Shown here: piece by piece, positions 1 through 21,384 of the stretch
Layout of the letters: every line of letters begins with the position of its first letter
Position numbering within the stretch: position 1 is the stretch's first letter
NCBI RefSeq assembly: GCF_009914755.1
Contig: NC_060927.1
Reading direction: 5' to 3' (one strand)
Length of the DNA: 64,000 bases
Source: the human T2T-CHM13v2.0 reference genome, Homo sapiens
The notes under the pieces: generated by a model
What the model saw: only the letters and a program-made list of their open reading frames with translations
Databases searched by the model: none
Told to the model about the DNA's origin: nothing
Made by a program: the position numbers and the translations under genes

Positions 1-1007
<1,007 letters not shown>

Positions 1008-1280
1008 ATCTCTTAGCAATGTATACACACACAGACATACAACGCAGGTGGTGGTAGTGGGGTGCCACATGATTTGCTAAGCAAATCAAAAATTATAATT
1101 ATGACAATGATGTTATTTGTGAAGCCACTTTTCAACAGTTTCTGTAAGTGGTACTCCATCTACATAGAAGAGATAGACTCATTTACTATTTTTAATGGAA
1201 TTTAACTATTTTACTCATGTTTATATCAAATCAAGTATATTAACAGAAAACTTTTTATTGAATATAACATACATGAATAT

Positions 1281-1870
1281 ACACTAAGTCTTAACGTCAA
1301 CCATGGGTTCTTGGAAACTAAGAGTTAAAGCAAAATGACATGTAACAAAACCAATTTTAGCATAGGCTAACTGATATAAACAATAGTTAAGTTCCTACAG
1401 CATACTTCTGGTCACAAAAAAATCAGCAAACTTCTAAACAAACACCAAAACATTTAAAATATTAAACACTAAAATAAATGTTAAGCTTTACATATATTTA
1501 AGAAAGATTAATTTTTAACAAGTCAGATAATTATTTACCCAATTATTCCAGCTCAGAATCGCAGGTGGCCAGAGCCTATCCCAGCAGCTCAGGGAGCAAG
1601 GTAAGAACAAACCCTGGACAGGTCACCATTCCATCACACAGGGCACTCACATACATACCTAAACTACTCATACTAGGACAATTTAGACATGTCAATTAAC
1701 AGGCACATGCACATATCTGGTATGTGGGAGAAAACCAGAGTACCCAAAGAAAAGAAATCCACACAGACATGGGGAAAATGTGCAAACTCCGCACAATGGC
1801 CCCAGCAAGCAATCTATTTTTCTTTCCCTCATCAACATTATAACAAAATGATATTTGACAGCCTACTGTA
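1281..1870 (-). mobile_element. MER6-like TcMar-Tigger DNA transposon
   Basis: Right end reverse-complements to the MER6 start (gtttgcacat..ccccatgtctgtgtgg); left end gttcttggaaact...aaaccaatttt; TA-flanked. Confidence 0.7.
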
Positions 1871-2588
1871 TACTTAAATTCTCTGTAGCATAAAGGTTTA
1901 AGTAGCATCAAGAAAATAAAGTTCCAAACTCTTTTCCCAGTAAAATTTAGCCTGTGAGACAGATTTTGTAGCTCTTTCAGTGAACAAAAAGAATGCCAAA
2001 AATAAAATTGGATTTTCCAAGTTGCACAGCAATTCACACGAAAAGATAAATAAGTAGGAAACATTAAGACTCAAGAAAGAGAGGAGTAATAAATCTTTTG
2101 AAAATATCAGCCTAGAAACTCTCAAACATTAAGCAGACAGAAGGATATTTTAAGCCAAAACTGAATGATGTGCTCAATGGGATAGCGATGAGGTTCACTG
2201 GCAACAGCAGGTTAGATCATTATTCTGCTCTTTCTCTCTGAATGTTGTACTGTAAAAGACTATTTTTAAAATATCTCAGTAACATAAACCTTAAAATCAA
2301 AAGAAATGTAAGAGTAATTTAAGAGTTTCGGTTCTGGGGCTCAATTACCTGAGTTCTTATACCACGTATTCTACTTTCTAGCTTTGCAACTCACTATGCC
2401 TAAGTATTCTCATACATCAAACTGGAATAAAAAAAGAACCCATATAGCATACAGTTATTGTGGTAAGTGACTGGAAGAGTACCTGGAACTCCAGAATGAA
2501 TATTAATTCACAGCTACAGGAGGAAGACAAAAGCATAAAGGAATGTAAGTTTCATGAGGGAAGGTATTGTTTGTCCTTTTTGTTCACT

Positions 2589-3192
<604 letters not shown>

Positions 3193-3356
3193 TGAAACCT
3201 AGTAAACAGTTGTTGAATTAAAAATATGTGTGTGTATATGTGTTTATGGATATATTTATTTTTAAGGAGAGTACACAAAGTTAAAAACAAGGAAAGCTCT
3301 TAGAGTTAGCAAACTAATCAAAGTTAGCAGCTTTCTTTTAAAAAACAAAAAATCAT

Positions 3357-3663
<307 letters not shown>

Positions 3664-3875
3664 TTATTGATTGGATTGCTCTAAATTTAAGCAGCATTAA
3701 AAATGTCACAGTCTTTAAAACAGCTAACAAGTAAAAATGAACCTCAAGACAATTAACTTGCCTTATCCTAAATCACCCTGCACTAAATATATGAGAGAAT
3801 GCTCACACACACACACACACCTTCCTGTCAAAATTACAAGTATTTATGTTCCCATGCATATTATAAGAAAAGTGA

Positions 3876-4086
3876 GTCTGGGCAACATAAGTAAGACTCC
3901 CATCTCAAAAAAAGAAAAAAGAAAAAAAAAAAAAAAGGCCTTGGAGTCCCAGCTACTCTATTCCAGAAGCTGAAGTGGGAGGGTCACTTGAGGCGAGGAG
4001 GTCAAGGATGCAGTGAGCCATGATTGGGCCACTACCTTCCAGCCTGGATGACAGAGCAAGACCCTGTCACCAAAAAGAAAAAAGGA
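3876..4086 (+). mobile_element. AluJ, partial
   Basis: ctgggcaacata...gcagtgagccatgatt...accctgtc. Confidence 0.85.
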
Positions 4087-5068
4087 AAGTAAATTATTAT
4101 GATTTTTAAAAACTACAATTTTCCCCAAATTCAAATAACCACTATCACTCAACCTCTCTCCAGTTAAAAATTACATGCTTTTAAATATTTTACAAATCAA
4201 TCTACATACTCATACAAATAAGAATTGTGTGACAACTAATAGCTTCATTAGGAAAAGCATATCACTAGTTTAGTGGCTGTACATAAGGAACAATAAAAAT
4301 ATTCCAAAAATGTCCTCTGGCTTAAGAAAATAAACATCTACTATTAAAGAGATCCTAAAAGAATTAACTAACAGTACTTACGAGAAAACTGTCTTTTATA
4401 AATACAACAAAACCTTACCAAAATAAGTAAGTTTGTATAGCCCCATGATTTTCATACAGAAATCATTTCAAGCGTTCATATAAACAAACATTGGCACTAC
4501 CACAGCCATAAGAAAAAATTACAACATTTAACAAAAATACACATGGTGTTTTTAATATGGTAAAGAAAGCATCACTGAAGACCAATCTTTCTATTTTCAA
4601 TTTCCTTTAAACTATGTATGTGTGTGAAAAAGTATACATGTATATATTAAACCCACTAAATGAAACTTCCCATAAACACTAAAATTTCTCCCACAATTTA
4701 TAACTCAAGCTTAAAGGCCTTATCTAATCAACCCCCTTTCCACATAATTACTACAAAAATCACTCACAAAAACCTGTAAGTTTTTGAAGAAAGAATATGT
4801 ACCTATTGAGTTTGATGATGCAGTGAAAAATTCTCTGGGACCACAATCCAGAATAAATGAGTTCTTAATAAATTCTATGGCTAAATGAACGTTTTAAAAT
4901 AAGGCCAAAATCAAATAAAAGATAACAAGTTGTAGTGGTTCATTATTTTGTTGATTCATTTAGGAAAAGTTATTTTATAACAAAAAATTCCGAACAAATA
5001 TTGTTTATTGAAAAATAAAGTATCTAATTTTGTGTGGTTACTTTAAATCCAAAGAGAGCTATTTGTGA

Positions 5069-6650
<1,582 letters not shown>

Positions 6651-6996
6651 GGAGAGAAGGAATAGAACCCAAACTAACTCCCAACTCTACACTAAAATAC
6701 AACTCAATAAAAGATCTAAGGACATGAAGAAAAAGAGGTGAGGTACTTTACCAAATGACCTTCCAACTTTCTCCCCAAGGTTCAAAACATTTCTTTACTC
6801 TTAGTAATACACTTACAAAAGCTTGGCATTAGTGCTATGTAAGTTCCCCCTCCCTACTCCTAGTCAATATGGTGTCTATCTCTTGAAGATCAAAAATTAT
6901 AACTACTCATTACAAATAAACTGCACTTAAAACTATTTGCATATCCCATAGAGTTCGATGGAACTCTATGGAACACGTACTGTGTAACAGACAGAA

Positions 6997-7320
<324 letters not shown>

Positions 7321-7427
7321 TGATGGACAATAAAAGAAACTGCTGATAAAACCAGATAATTTTGTATGGGAATAATTTCTCCCTTTATCTTTTATTCTTA
7401 TACTTTGCAATTGCAAGGCTCTTCCCT

Positions 7428-7905
7428 TGTATTAGTTTCCTAGGGCTGCTGTAACATACAAAAAGCTGGATGGCTTTGAACAACAGAAATTTATTCTCAC
7501 AGTTCTGGAAGCTAGAAGACCACAATCAAGGTGTTGGCAGGGCCATGCTCTCCCTGAAGCCTCTAGGGGAGGATCCTCCCTGGACTTGTTCCAGCTTCTG
7601 GTAACCCCAGATGTTCCTTGGCTTGTTGGAGCATTAAATCTAATCTCTGCCTCCATCTTCACATGGCCATCTTCCCTCTGTGTGCCTCTGTGTCATCACA
7701 CTGTATTCTCTTCCCTGTGTCTGTCTTCTCTTCTTATAAGGACACCAGTCATATTGGATTAGGGCCTACGCTAAATGCCTATGAGCTTGTTTAATAACTT
7801 GATTACATCTGCAAATATTCTACTTCCAAATAAGGTTGCATTCATAGGTATAGGAATTAAGATTTCAACGTATCTATTTGGGGGACACAAATCACAAATA
7901 CGACA
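7428..7905 (-). mobile_element. MLT1 (MLT1C-like) MaLR solo LTR
   Basis: tgtattagtttcctagggctgctgtaaca...aaatttattctcacagttctgga...aggacaccagtcatattggattaggg. Confidence 0.85.
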
Positions 7906-7939
7906 TCTCTCTGTTCTATAAAAGCATTGTTTTGAAATT

Positions 7940-8548
<609 letters not shown>

Positions 8549-9438
8549 TGATATTCTTGACAACTGAGGAAAGATGTTTGTTTACTTAATATGACCGTGT
8601 AGCAAAGGTATAGACAGTTTACAATTTACTAGACCTACCAACCTTAAAATTATGTGATTCGTAAACAATAATTTTCAAAGAATCATCAATTTTGCACAAC
8701 AAAGTTCGATACTTAATTTTTTTAATATTACACCCATTTCAATTTTGGCTAAATTTGTACAGACCATAATCATGTTGTGAGCATTTGCTTATCACAAACC
8801 TGAAGGACACAGTAAACCACACCAATAACACAGTGTAGGCTAAGTCATGACAATGTACTTTTATAATATGAAACTGTGGTAGTTATTATACAGTAGCATA
8901 TTTACTATTAAATAAATATTATGCTTCACTACTATAAGAAAATTAATTTCTAGGTGGTGAAAAACTTTGAGGATGGTTCAAGAACTGGAGTATTCCCCCA
9001 ACAGAAGGTTTTTCAGAATCCCACAGACTGTAAAATTAGGGGAAGAACAAGTTAAGTGAAGTATAAAAGTATCAGAATAATCATAACCATACACTTTTAT
9101 CACTGCTCACTGGAGCACCATGCCTGCCAGCTGCCCAAGGCAATCATCTTGATTAAATATACTCCAGGGATGCCTCTGATCAGGTTTCTCCTCTTTATTT
9201 CTCTAGTGTTTCCCACTGACAAGCTCACTCTCATCAATGAGATATAAAAAACCCACGGAATTAGTAAGAATGCAAAAACTGTTATACTAAGTACAAAATT
9301 CTGGGATATGATTATTGATGTAGGTTAGTATAGCATAATACAATGATCAGATTTAATGCAGGCTGTTATGTGGAATTAACAGTTTACTAGACTCATTTCT
9401 TACATCTCAATTCCTACAAACATGCAGTATTTCTGTCA

Positions 9439-9765
9439 TTTTTTTTTTGCTTTTATTTTTTCTGCTTTTATTTTTTGAGACAGGATTTCACTCTGTCACC
9501 AGGCTGGAGTGTGCTGGCAGATCTCAGCATACTGGAACCTCCCCTTCACCGGCTCAAGCCATCCTCCTACCTCAGCCTCCCCAGTAGCTGGGACTATAGG
9601 CACCTGCCACCATGCCCAGCTAATTTTTTGTATTTTTGGTAGAGACACAGGGTTTGGGTTTCGCCATATTGCCCAGGCTGGTGTCGAACTGCTGAATTCA
9701 AGCAATCCTCCTACCTCGATCTCCCGAAGTGCTGGGATTACAGGTGTGAATCACCATGCCTGGCC
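9439..9765 (-). mobile_element. AluJ
   Basis: Reverse Alu consensus. Confidence 0.9.
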
Positions 9766-11269
9766 TGTCATGTACTCTTATTAAACATTAGGCTCTCCAG
9801 AGAAACAGCAACACCTCTACTGGCTAAATAGTGTATGGGTGATTCTGTATGTAGTTATCTGGGACAATTGATATTTTGCTTTTTAAGTCCCAAAACACTT
9901 AAGCATATTGAATGGCAAACCTAAATTATACTCCCCTGATTTCACTGCTCAGAGATACATCTTCTATCTCTGCACCCCAAAAACAGCTATAAGGGGTATC
10001 TTTATGCGAGAACTGTGGTTTGAGAGAATTGGGTGAAATGCCTGAACATGTGAGAGGTAGGTTTCCTGGTGCTAAACCTGCTTCCTTTCTTCCCCAACTA
10101 CTCCTTCCTCCATGCTCTATTCTAGGTTAAATGGTAAGTTTCATTGACTTCAGCCCCAACTGCCTCTGCTCATACCACTCTCCATCTCCATTTCACCTCC
10201 ATCACATCACTCTTCCTCTTCTTCCATACCTCTAGATCTCAACATTTCAAATGTTACTGGATGAAGTAATAAATCTTTTCTTCAAAAGTATCCTAGAAAA
10301 TTTACTGTCCATGCTGTTCATAGCAAGTAACTGCTTTATTTTAATTTGCACATGAAAATATTAAGCTTTATGGGTAAACCCAAGGTCTTGGACATCTGTT
10401 TACAGAAATAGCTCAACTATCTGGAACATAGCTGAAAACTCAGAGAAATAGTCTCCTACACTCTGAATTCTCTTAGTTACCCATAGTGTCTCTCCCAAAC
10501 CATTTTCTCTCCTCCATTCGACATATATACCACCGTTTAATCTTCCTTATCAGTGCCATCTACTCACTTTCTGACCACCTACCACTGCTCCTCACATTCA
10601 CTGAAGGTATCTGCATCTTAGTCTTATTTCTGCCCTGCCCTACCATATGTCCCACAACCATAGGCAATGTCCACTGCAAACCCAAGTCTCAGGATTCCTA
10701 GACATTTTCAATTCCAAAGACCTACTTCATGTGCTACACTCCACAGCCCGACACTTTAACCAATATGACCTAATCTTCCAACATTCACAGCTTTCTCATG
10801 CTTACACTACCATGGCATCTGCTCCTCAGTTTCATACACACAGTCTAGGGCTTACTCCTTTCACTGTCTACGTGTCTCTTCTTCATCTCATTTCCTTAGT
10901 CAATCTACACATGAATGATTACCTAAACCACTTTCTCACAAACACTCCTTCTAGGCTCAAGCAATCCTCCTGCTTCCACCTCCCAAAATGTTGGGATTAC
11001 AGGCATGAGCCACCATGCCTGGCTCAGGTGGAATCTTAATCCCACTAAGCAATCTTTGTATTTGTCCGTGGCTCCCTTTCTGATTCTCTTCAACAACTAT
11101 TTCAAAGTTTTACTAATATTGAGAACCCATCCTAGGGACAACCTCAATACTCTCCAAAGTTCATCCAAAAATAATTAAGTCATTAGTTATGAATTATCGG
11201 TTCAACTTTTTGTCTCTCCCTCAATCACTCTTTATCCTTCAATACTATCTCAGAAAATAAGGTATCCTT

Positions 11270-11870
<601 letters not shown>

Positions 11871-12024
11871 AAAAATAAATACCATGCATAAATAATTGTG
11901 GCACAGAAAATGAGGTAATGGTGTTCAATATGATTCCAGGGTCTGAGAAGTCATGCAGTGCCCAACATACATCCCATTAGTAAATATTGTGGTTATTTAA
12001 AAATGAAATAAAAATATCTTTCCT

Positions 12025-12407
<383 letters not shown>

Positions 12408-12639
12408 CTACTAGCTCTTTTGCTAAGTCTACAAACCACCCAACTATCCCTTATCACTTAAAACATATAGCCTGTAATTTCGTATACATGTTAGGCACTA
12501 TACACCTTGTTTTCCTTTGAAGAAAGGCAGTTTATATTCATTGCTTCTACCTTCTCATTTTTCATTCCCTCTCATTTAATAAAGAAAAAAACCTTACTAT
12601 AATCCCAATTCTCCATTGAAAATACTCTTTGGAAAAACA

Positions 12640-12920
12640 ATCACTACAAAGTATTGTATGATATTAAGAAATTATTGTTGATGTTTATAGTGCTTCTTAG
12701 TTCTTATCTTTTATAGATATATACTACAGTATTTACAGATGAAGACAGATTGTCAGGGATTTGCTTCAAATAAATATAGAATGAGTGGTATACAGATGAA
12801 ATAATAGTAGAGCCATGAGTTGATAACTATTGAAGCTGGACAGTAAGTATCTAGGGGGTTCATAGAATTCCATCTACTTTTGTATATGCTTTGAATTTCC
12901 ATTAACAAAAAGATAATAAA
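12640..12920 (+). mobile_element. L1MC 3' end fragment
   Basis: gtatttacagatgaa...gggatttgcttcaaa...gagttgataactattgaagctgg. Confidence 0.7.
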
Positions 12921-12999
12921 CCCATAGATCTCCACATTATCCTAGTCTTTTCAACTAGACCATGGTTGTTAACCAGAACAGAAATCATTGAGTCACCTG

Positions 13000-13900
13000 G
13001 GTTTGGGGAGTATTCCCTTCTCCCAAACTCCTCAAACACTCCCCAATCCTTGCTCCTCAAGCACCAGTAAACTGCTTCTACTGATGAAATGTGATGTACC
13101 CTTTAGTTATGTTAGGTAGTAAAAAGGTTGTTAACATTAATTTTCAAAGCACCTGATGACTCCAACATCTTTATTTCACATCCTAATTTTACTACTGCTT
13201 CCTGTAAAAATTTTCTTAGATGTAACACCATGACCTTGGTCAGGACATCCCACAAATTGAGCTTCTTTTCTAACAATCCTCTACCCTCTCTGTCCTCCAA
13301 AACAAGAACCTAAGTAAAATTTAAGATTATGTGTTTTATCCAAATTCCTCATTTTATGTAATGAAATCATGCAGTCATCCAAGCTAGAAAATAAAAAACC
13401 CTGAAATCAGTCTTGATTTCCCCTTCTACCTACCCTTCTTCCCCTTCTACCATATCCTGACTATTTTACCTGTAAAATGTATGTTAAATCCATCCCTTCC
13501 TCTTTCTCTCTAATCTTATACTGTCCTAATAAATAAACGCCCCTGCTGTCCTGTTGAATATTTCAATAGTCTCCTAGTCTTCTTGCTTGCCGCAATTCAA
13601 TTCTCCACCCTAGAGCCAGACTGATTTATTTAAAATATTTAATCACACCAGCTCCCTATTTAAAATCTTTCAAATAACTCTCTACCACTTCGAGGATAAT
13701 ATTCCAATTCCTAAACATAGCAAGCAAAAATTTTAAGTTCTGGGTCCTCCCCGGTCTCACCTCCAATCTCTCTCTGACACTGTAATTTACATCTCTGTAA
13801 TATCAAATTATATACTTGTAGTTCATCCCAAATACCTTTATGGTTCAGACCTCCATGCCTTTGCTTATACTATTTCCTCCCTGAAACATTCTATTCACTA
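13000..13900 (+). mobile_element. L2 fragments
   Basis: catccaagctagaaa...ctattttacctgtaaaat...ttctccaccctagagccagactgat...ctttgcttatactatttcc. Confidence 0.55.
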
Positions 13901-13928
13901 TTTTGTTTGTTAATTGAAAGGGTTGTTA

Positions 13929-15064
<1,136 letters not shown>

Positions 15065-15808
15065 TTATCAAAATATACAGAATAAATATGAAGAAAATAG
15101 TCATTTTTAAAGATTGACTAATGATTATTTCTAAACAGTGAAATTAAGGGCAACTTTTATTCTTTGCTTTTGCATCTCCATACATACTACAAGTATTACA
15201 TATGCAATAAAAACGAAAGATTTTTAAAATCTGGATAGATCTAAATAACTAGTTAGTAACACACTGCTAAAAAGTTACAAATGCCTATCTCTACATATAC
15301 ACACCTCCCAGGGCCTACCCAAATTGTAAAAGGCCTTCAATGTTAGTCCAGGGAACTTAAGATTTCATTTTGTCTAATGAAGCTATCTATATAAATGTTA
15401 ATTTGAGGCACAGTGGTGGAAAGGACAGAGCGATTACAGCCTAGCTATAAGGCAAACAAGTATAAAGCTCTTATGATAGTACTGTGAGGAGATATTATGG
15501 GACTTAATCATGAATCTAGTAGCAGGTAAGCAACAATGAGCTCAAGAAAAAATAAACTGGTAGCCCTGAGCAGTTCAACTGAATGTGGTGGCCTAAAAAA
15601 GTGTCATTAAGAGAGATTTATTTCAAAGTATACACACAAGAGAATGGTGGTAGAATTAAAAAAAAAAAAACAAGGAAGATGCAGCACTGGGGAGAAAAGC
15701 ACTCCCCACAGGGATAAAGGGTAAAGATAATGGGCTCGGTTTTAGAAGAAAGGGAAGATGACAATGGATCGTTCTGTCAGAAATATCCAATGCAGAGATA
15801 TAATATTA

Positions 15809-16129
<321 letters not shown>

Positions 16130-16169
16130 GAATCATGTAAAGTAGATTAGATTCAACAGAAACAGACTC

Positions 16170-16340
16170 TGATCTTGGCTGTAATATTTACTAACTTGTA
16201 AATATTAAAATATTAAAAATCTTGTAAATATTAAAAAGTTAGTAAATATTTACAAGTTAGTAAATATTTTTGTAGTAAAATTTTGTAGCAAAATTGATCT
16301 TGGCTTTAATATTTACTAACTTGGCTTTAATATTTACTAA
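16170..16340. repeat. Local mosaic of direct and inverted repeats, including a perfect 24-bp inverted repeat
   Basis: 16183-16206 is the exact reverse complement of 16245-16268; cttggct(g/t)taatatttactaa occurs three times. Confidence 0.9.
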
Positions 16341-17532
16341 TTTCTCATGCTAGATCAGTATATATTTCCAACTTTCTCTCTCTCATGGCAGAAGATATAA
16401 ACCAATAGTCTTATGCAGACCACCTACACAGAGATGATCATATGTAGACTACCAACAGAAAAGAGCTCAAAGTACCTCAAGAAGGGGAGGAAACTTGGAA
16501 CGCTGCCCAATTATCAAGCCTACACCTCAGTGCCATATCTCCAACGGACCCTGAGATACTTCCATGACATCCTAAGCTCTGTGAAAACCAAGGCAGGGGG
16601 TGGGGAGGCACACACACAGTGAATAATATTTATGATCACCTACAATTTTAGCATGTCAGGGGAAGAGGTAACACCTGAAGTCAGGTGAGTGATTCAGAAT
16701 GAAGGAAAAAGGATAAGTGTGCCCTTGGTTCAACCAGGAAAACATCACAGCAGAAAGTAGAAAGATCACAGGAAAGTCTCAGAAGAAAGTTTCAGGAGCT
16801 AAGGCCTTCTTGTGCATAAAAGCAATAAAAGATTTCACAAAGGAAAAAAGTAAATGTGTTTTCATAAAAATTAAAACCTTTCACATCAAAACGAACAAGT
16901 TAAAAGTATACCACAAATAACAGCTGCAAGTCATAACTTATACAATTCTGAGAGGAGGAAAAATTGTTAAAAGACAAATATACTCACAGAGGAAAAAGGG
17001 CTAACGCACTTGTAGAAAAATTCTCAATATAACTAGGAAATACAAAACATCACTTCATTGCTGATTTAAATTGCATTTTTTTGATCAACAATGAAGTTAA
17101 GCATTTTTGCCTCAAGAACACATTTTAAGTGATAATACTTAGGCAGGATAAACTAAGACTGACATCCTCCTATATTGTTTGGTGTTACTTCATCTTAAGA
17201 AACTTGAAACTCATTCCATAAAGTTCAGAACACTACAAAGACGCCTATTACCACTGCTACTGTTTAATAAAATAGTAAAGGTTCTGGCCAATGTTATAAG
17301 AGAGTTAGAGACAGACACATAAAAATTAGAAAGGAAGAGACCAGATCATCTACAAAGAAAAACAACCAGAATCTACAAATTATTAGACTCAAGTTCCAGT
17401 AAGTTTAGTTGAGCACAAGTGCCAGATAAAAGGTAACAGAAAAAATCTGTTAACATCTCCCTCCGATAGCAATAACCAATCAGAAATTAAAATAAACTCC
17501 ATTCAAAATGGCAACAAAAACAATACCTCAAG

Positions 17533-18039
<507 letters not shown>

Positions 18040-18239
18040 CTAGCAATTGAGAATAATGAGTACTATGCAGGAAAAAAGGAAATTTGATTGTATTAAAATA
18101 CGTTAAAAGTTTTGAGCAATAGACAGCCATTACATTCTCTTGGATGGGGCAACTTAACTTAATTTCTCCAAAATTTATCAATTCAAATATGAAATTCAGA
18201 TGAAAATTCCATTTTTTTCTAATTTTTTAACACTAACCC

Positions 18240-18450
18240 ATTTATATAACATTTATTGTGTGCCAGCCACTATTCTAAACACTATACACATATTTACTAA
18301 TTAATCCTCACCAAAAGGGTGGGAACTACTCTTAACCCCATTTTACAAATTATAAAAATGTGGCATTGAGTGGTTGGCCCACAGTAGCACAGTTACTAAA
18401 TGACAGATTCAACCCCAAGCTGACTGGGTCCAGAGTACATGCTCTTAACT
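18240..18450 (-). mobile_element. MIR
   Basis: ttaatcctca...cccattttacaaat...gattcaaccc..gctcttaac. Confidence 0.75.
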
Positions 18451-18489
18451 TTGCTGAGAAAACACTGAAAAATACAACCCAAAAAAGTT

Positions 18490-21180
18490 GTCAAACTGAA
18501 TCCAGAGCATATAAAAGGATTATACACCATGACCAAGTGGGATTTATTCCTGGAATGCAAGGATGGTTCAATATACAAAAACTAATCAATGTAATATACC
18601 ACATTAACAGAATGAAGAAAATAAAATCACATGATCATCTCAATGCAGAAAAGGTATGAGAGAATTCAATACCCCTGCATAACAAGAACACTAAGCAAAC
18701 TAGCAACATAAGGGAATTTTCTCAATATAATAAAGATGATATATGAAAAACACACAGCAAACATCAAACTCAATTCTGAAAGACTGAAAGCTCTTCATCT
18801 AAGATCAGGAACATAAGAAGAATGCCTGCTTTTACTACTTCTATTTAAAATAGTACTGAAGTCCTAATCAGAGCAATTAGGCAAGAAAAAGAAATTAAAA
18901 TAAAAGCAACCAAATTGAAATGAAAGAAGTAAAATTGTTTCTGTTCAGACAACATAATCCTGTATGTAGAAAACCCTAAAGATTTCACACATAAAAGCTT
19001 TAGAATAAACAAATAAAGCCAAGTAGCAGGATACAAAGTCAACACACATAAAAAAAATCAGTTGCATTTCTATACACTAACAATGAACAATCTGAAAAAC
19101 AATTACAAAAACTGTTCCATTTATAACAGCATCTAAAGCAGTGAAATGTTAATGAATAACTTAACCAACAAGGTGAAAGACTTGTAGTACACTGAAAACA
19201 TGGATGAAAGAAATTAAAGACACAAATAAGTAAAAACACATCCCACGTTTTTGGATTGGGAGACAATCTTTTTAAATGTATCAATACTACCAAAAGCAGT
19301 CTGCAGATTCAATGCAAACCCTTTCAAAATAACAACAGTATTTTTTGCAGAAATAGAAAAACTCATCCTAAAATTTATATGGAATCTCAAGGGATCCAAA
19401 TAGCCAAAACAATCTTGAATTTGAGGAACAAGATACTGAATCTTGAAGAACAAAGCTGGAAGACTCACACTTCCTACTTTCAAAACTTACCTCAAAACTA
19501 CAGTAATTAAAACTGTGTGGCACTGCCATACAAATATATTGACCAATGGAATAGAAAAGAGAGCCCACAAATAAGCCCTTGCATGCATGGTAACATGATC
19601 TACAAGAAAGTTGCCAAGACTATTAATGGAGAAAGGACAGTCGTTTCAACACATAGTAATGGAAAAACTGGGTAGCCACATGCAAATTTGGACCCTTATT
19701 TAACACTAAATACAAAAGTTAACTCAAATGGATCAAAGACCTAAATGTATGACCTAAAATTATAAAACTCTTACAGAAAAAACATAAGACAAAACTTTCA
19801 CAGCATTAGGTTTGGCAATGATTTCTCAGAACAACATCGGCACAGACAACAAAAGAAAAACAGGCAAACTGGACTTCACAAAAATTTTAAAACTTTGTGC
19901 ATCAAGAAACAAATCCAACAGGGTAAAAAGTCAACCCACAGAACAGGAGAAAACCTTTGCCAAGTATACATGTGATAAGAGATTAATATCCAGAACAAAT
20001 AACTTCTACAACTCAACAACATAAAAACAAATAACCTGATTCACAAATGGGCAAAGAGATTGAATAGACATTCTCCAAAGAAAATACACGAATGGCCAGT
20101 AAGCACGTGAAAAGATGCTCAATATCATTAGTAATTAGGTAAATGCAAATCAAAACCACAGTAAGATAACACTCATCATCCATTAGGATGGCTATAATAA
20201 AAAAATCCAGAAAGTAGGCTGGGTGCTGTGGCTTATGCATGTAATCCCAGCACTTTGGAGGCCAAGGCAGGTGGATCAGCTGAGGTCAGGAGTTCCAGGC
20301 CAGCCTGGCCAACATGGTGACACCCCATTTCTACTAAAAATATAAAAATTAGCCAGACATGGCGGCGCATGCCGGTAGTTCCAGCTACTCAGGAGGCTGA
20401 GGCAGGAGAATCACTTGAACCCAGGAGGCAGAGGTCACAGTGAGCCAAGATCACACCATCTGCACTCCAGCCTGGGTGGCAGGGTAAGACTCCATTAAAA
20501 AAAAAAAAAATCCAGAAAGTAACAAGTAGAGAAATCAGAACCCTTATATACTGTTGGTGGGGATGTAAAATGGTATAGCCACAGTGTAAAAAAATATGGT
20601 GTTTCCTCAGAAAATTAAGAATAGACTTACCATACAATCCAGCAATTTTACTTCTGGGTATGTAGTCCAAAGAACTGAAAATGAGGTCTTGAAGACATAT
20701 TTATACACCCATGTTCATAGTAACATTATTCACAGTACTTCAATCAAGGAAGCAACTCAAACTGACAAATGGATAAACACAATGTGGTATACACAAACAA
20801 TGGAGTATTATTCAGCCTTAAAAAAGATAATTCTGACAGATGTTATGAATGAAACTTGCTTTCATTATGCTAAGTGAAATTAGCGAGTCGCAAAAAAATA
20901 AAAAAAAAAAACACCAAATACTGTATGATTCCAATTACATAAGATACTTAAGAGTAATTAAATTCATAGGAACAGAAAGTACAATGGTAGTTGCCTGAAG
21001 CTGGGGTTGGGGGCACTGAAGGGTTTTTATTTAACGGGTATAGAGTTTCCAGTTTGCAAGATGAAAAAGAGTCCTGGATACATACAGCGGTGATGGCTGC
21101 AAAACAATATGGACCTATTTAATACCACTAAACTATACACTTAAAAATGGTTAAGATAGTAAATTTTAGGTTGTGTGTAT
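18490..21180 (+). mobile_element. L1MB-type ORF2 to 3' UTR, decayed, interrupted by AluS 20217-20510
   Basis: ORF 18360-18659 contains [19 protein letters not shown]; L1 3' end motifs; Alu TSD aaaaaatccagaaagta. Confidence 0.92.
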
Positions 21181-21351
21181 TTTATCATTTTTTTTTCCCA
21201 ACATTAGCGGTGGGGGTAGAAACGGTGGTGGCAGAGGGGTCCCCAGAACAAAGCAATGCCAATCCACTTTATGTTTGACTTCAAATATAACCACACAAAA
21301 CAACAATATATATAAGAACACATACAAATAAACGTGTGCTCTCTGTATTTA

Positions 21352-21353
<2 letters not shown>

Positions 21354-21382
<29 letters not shown>
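21354..21382. repeat. (TG)n microsatellite
   Basis: About 14 TG units. Confidence 0.95.

Positions 21383-21384
<2 letters not shown>

Noticed and set aside
4376-4800. Minus-strand splice-like signals (GTAAGT at ~4376-4381, GTAAGG at ~4413-4418, cttacAG-GTTTTT-GTGAGT at ~4762-4780)
   Set aside because: No recognisable coding frame links them; such motifs are expected by chance in an AT-rich intron.
18360-20877. ORFs resembling reverse transcriptase
   Set aside because: Fragments of a decayed L1 ORF2 with stops and frameshifts; not an active element.
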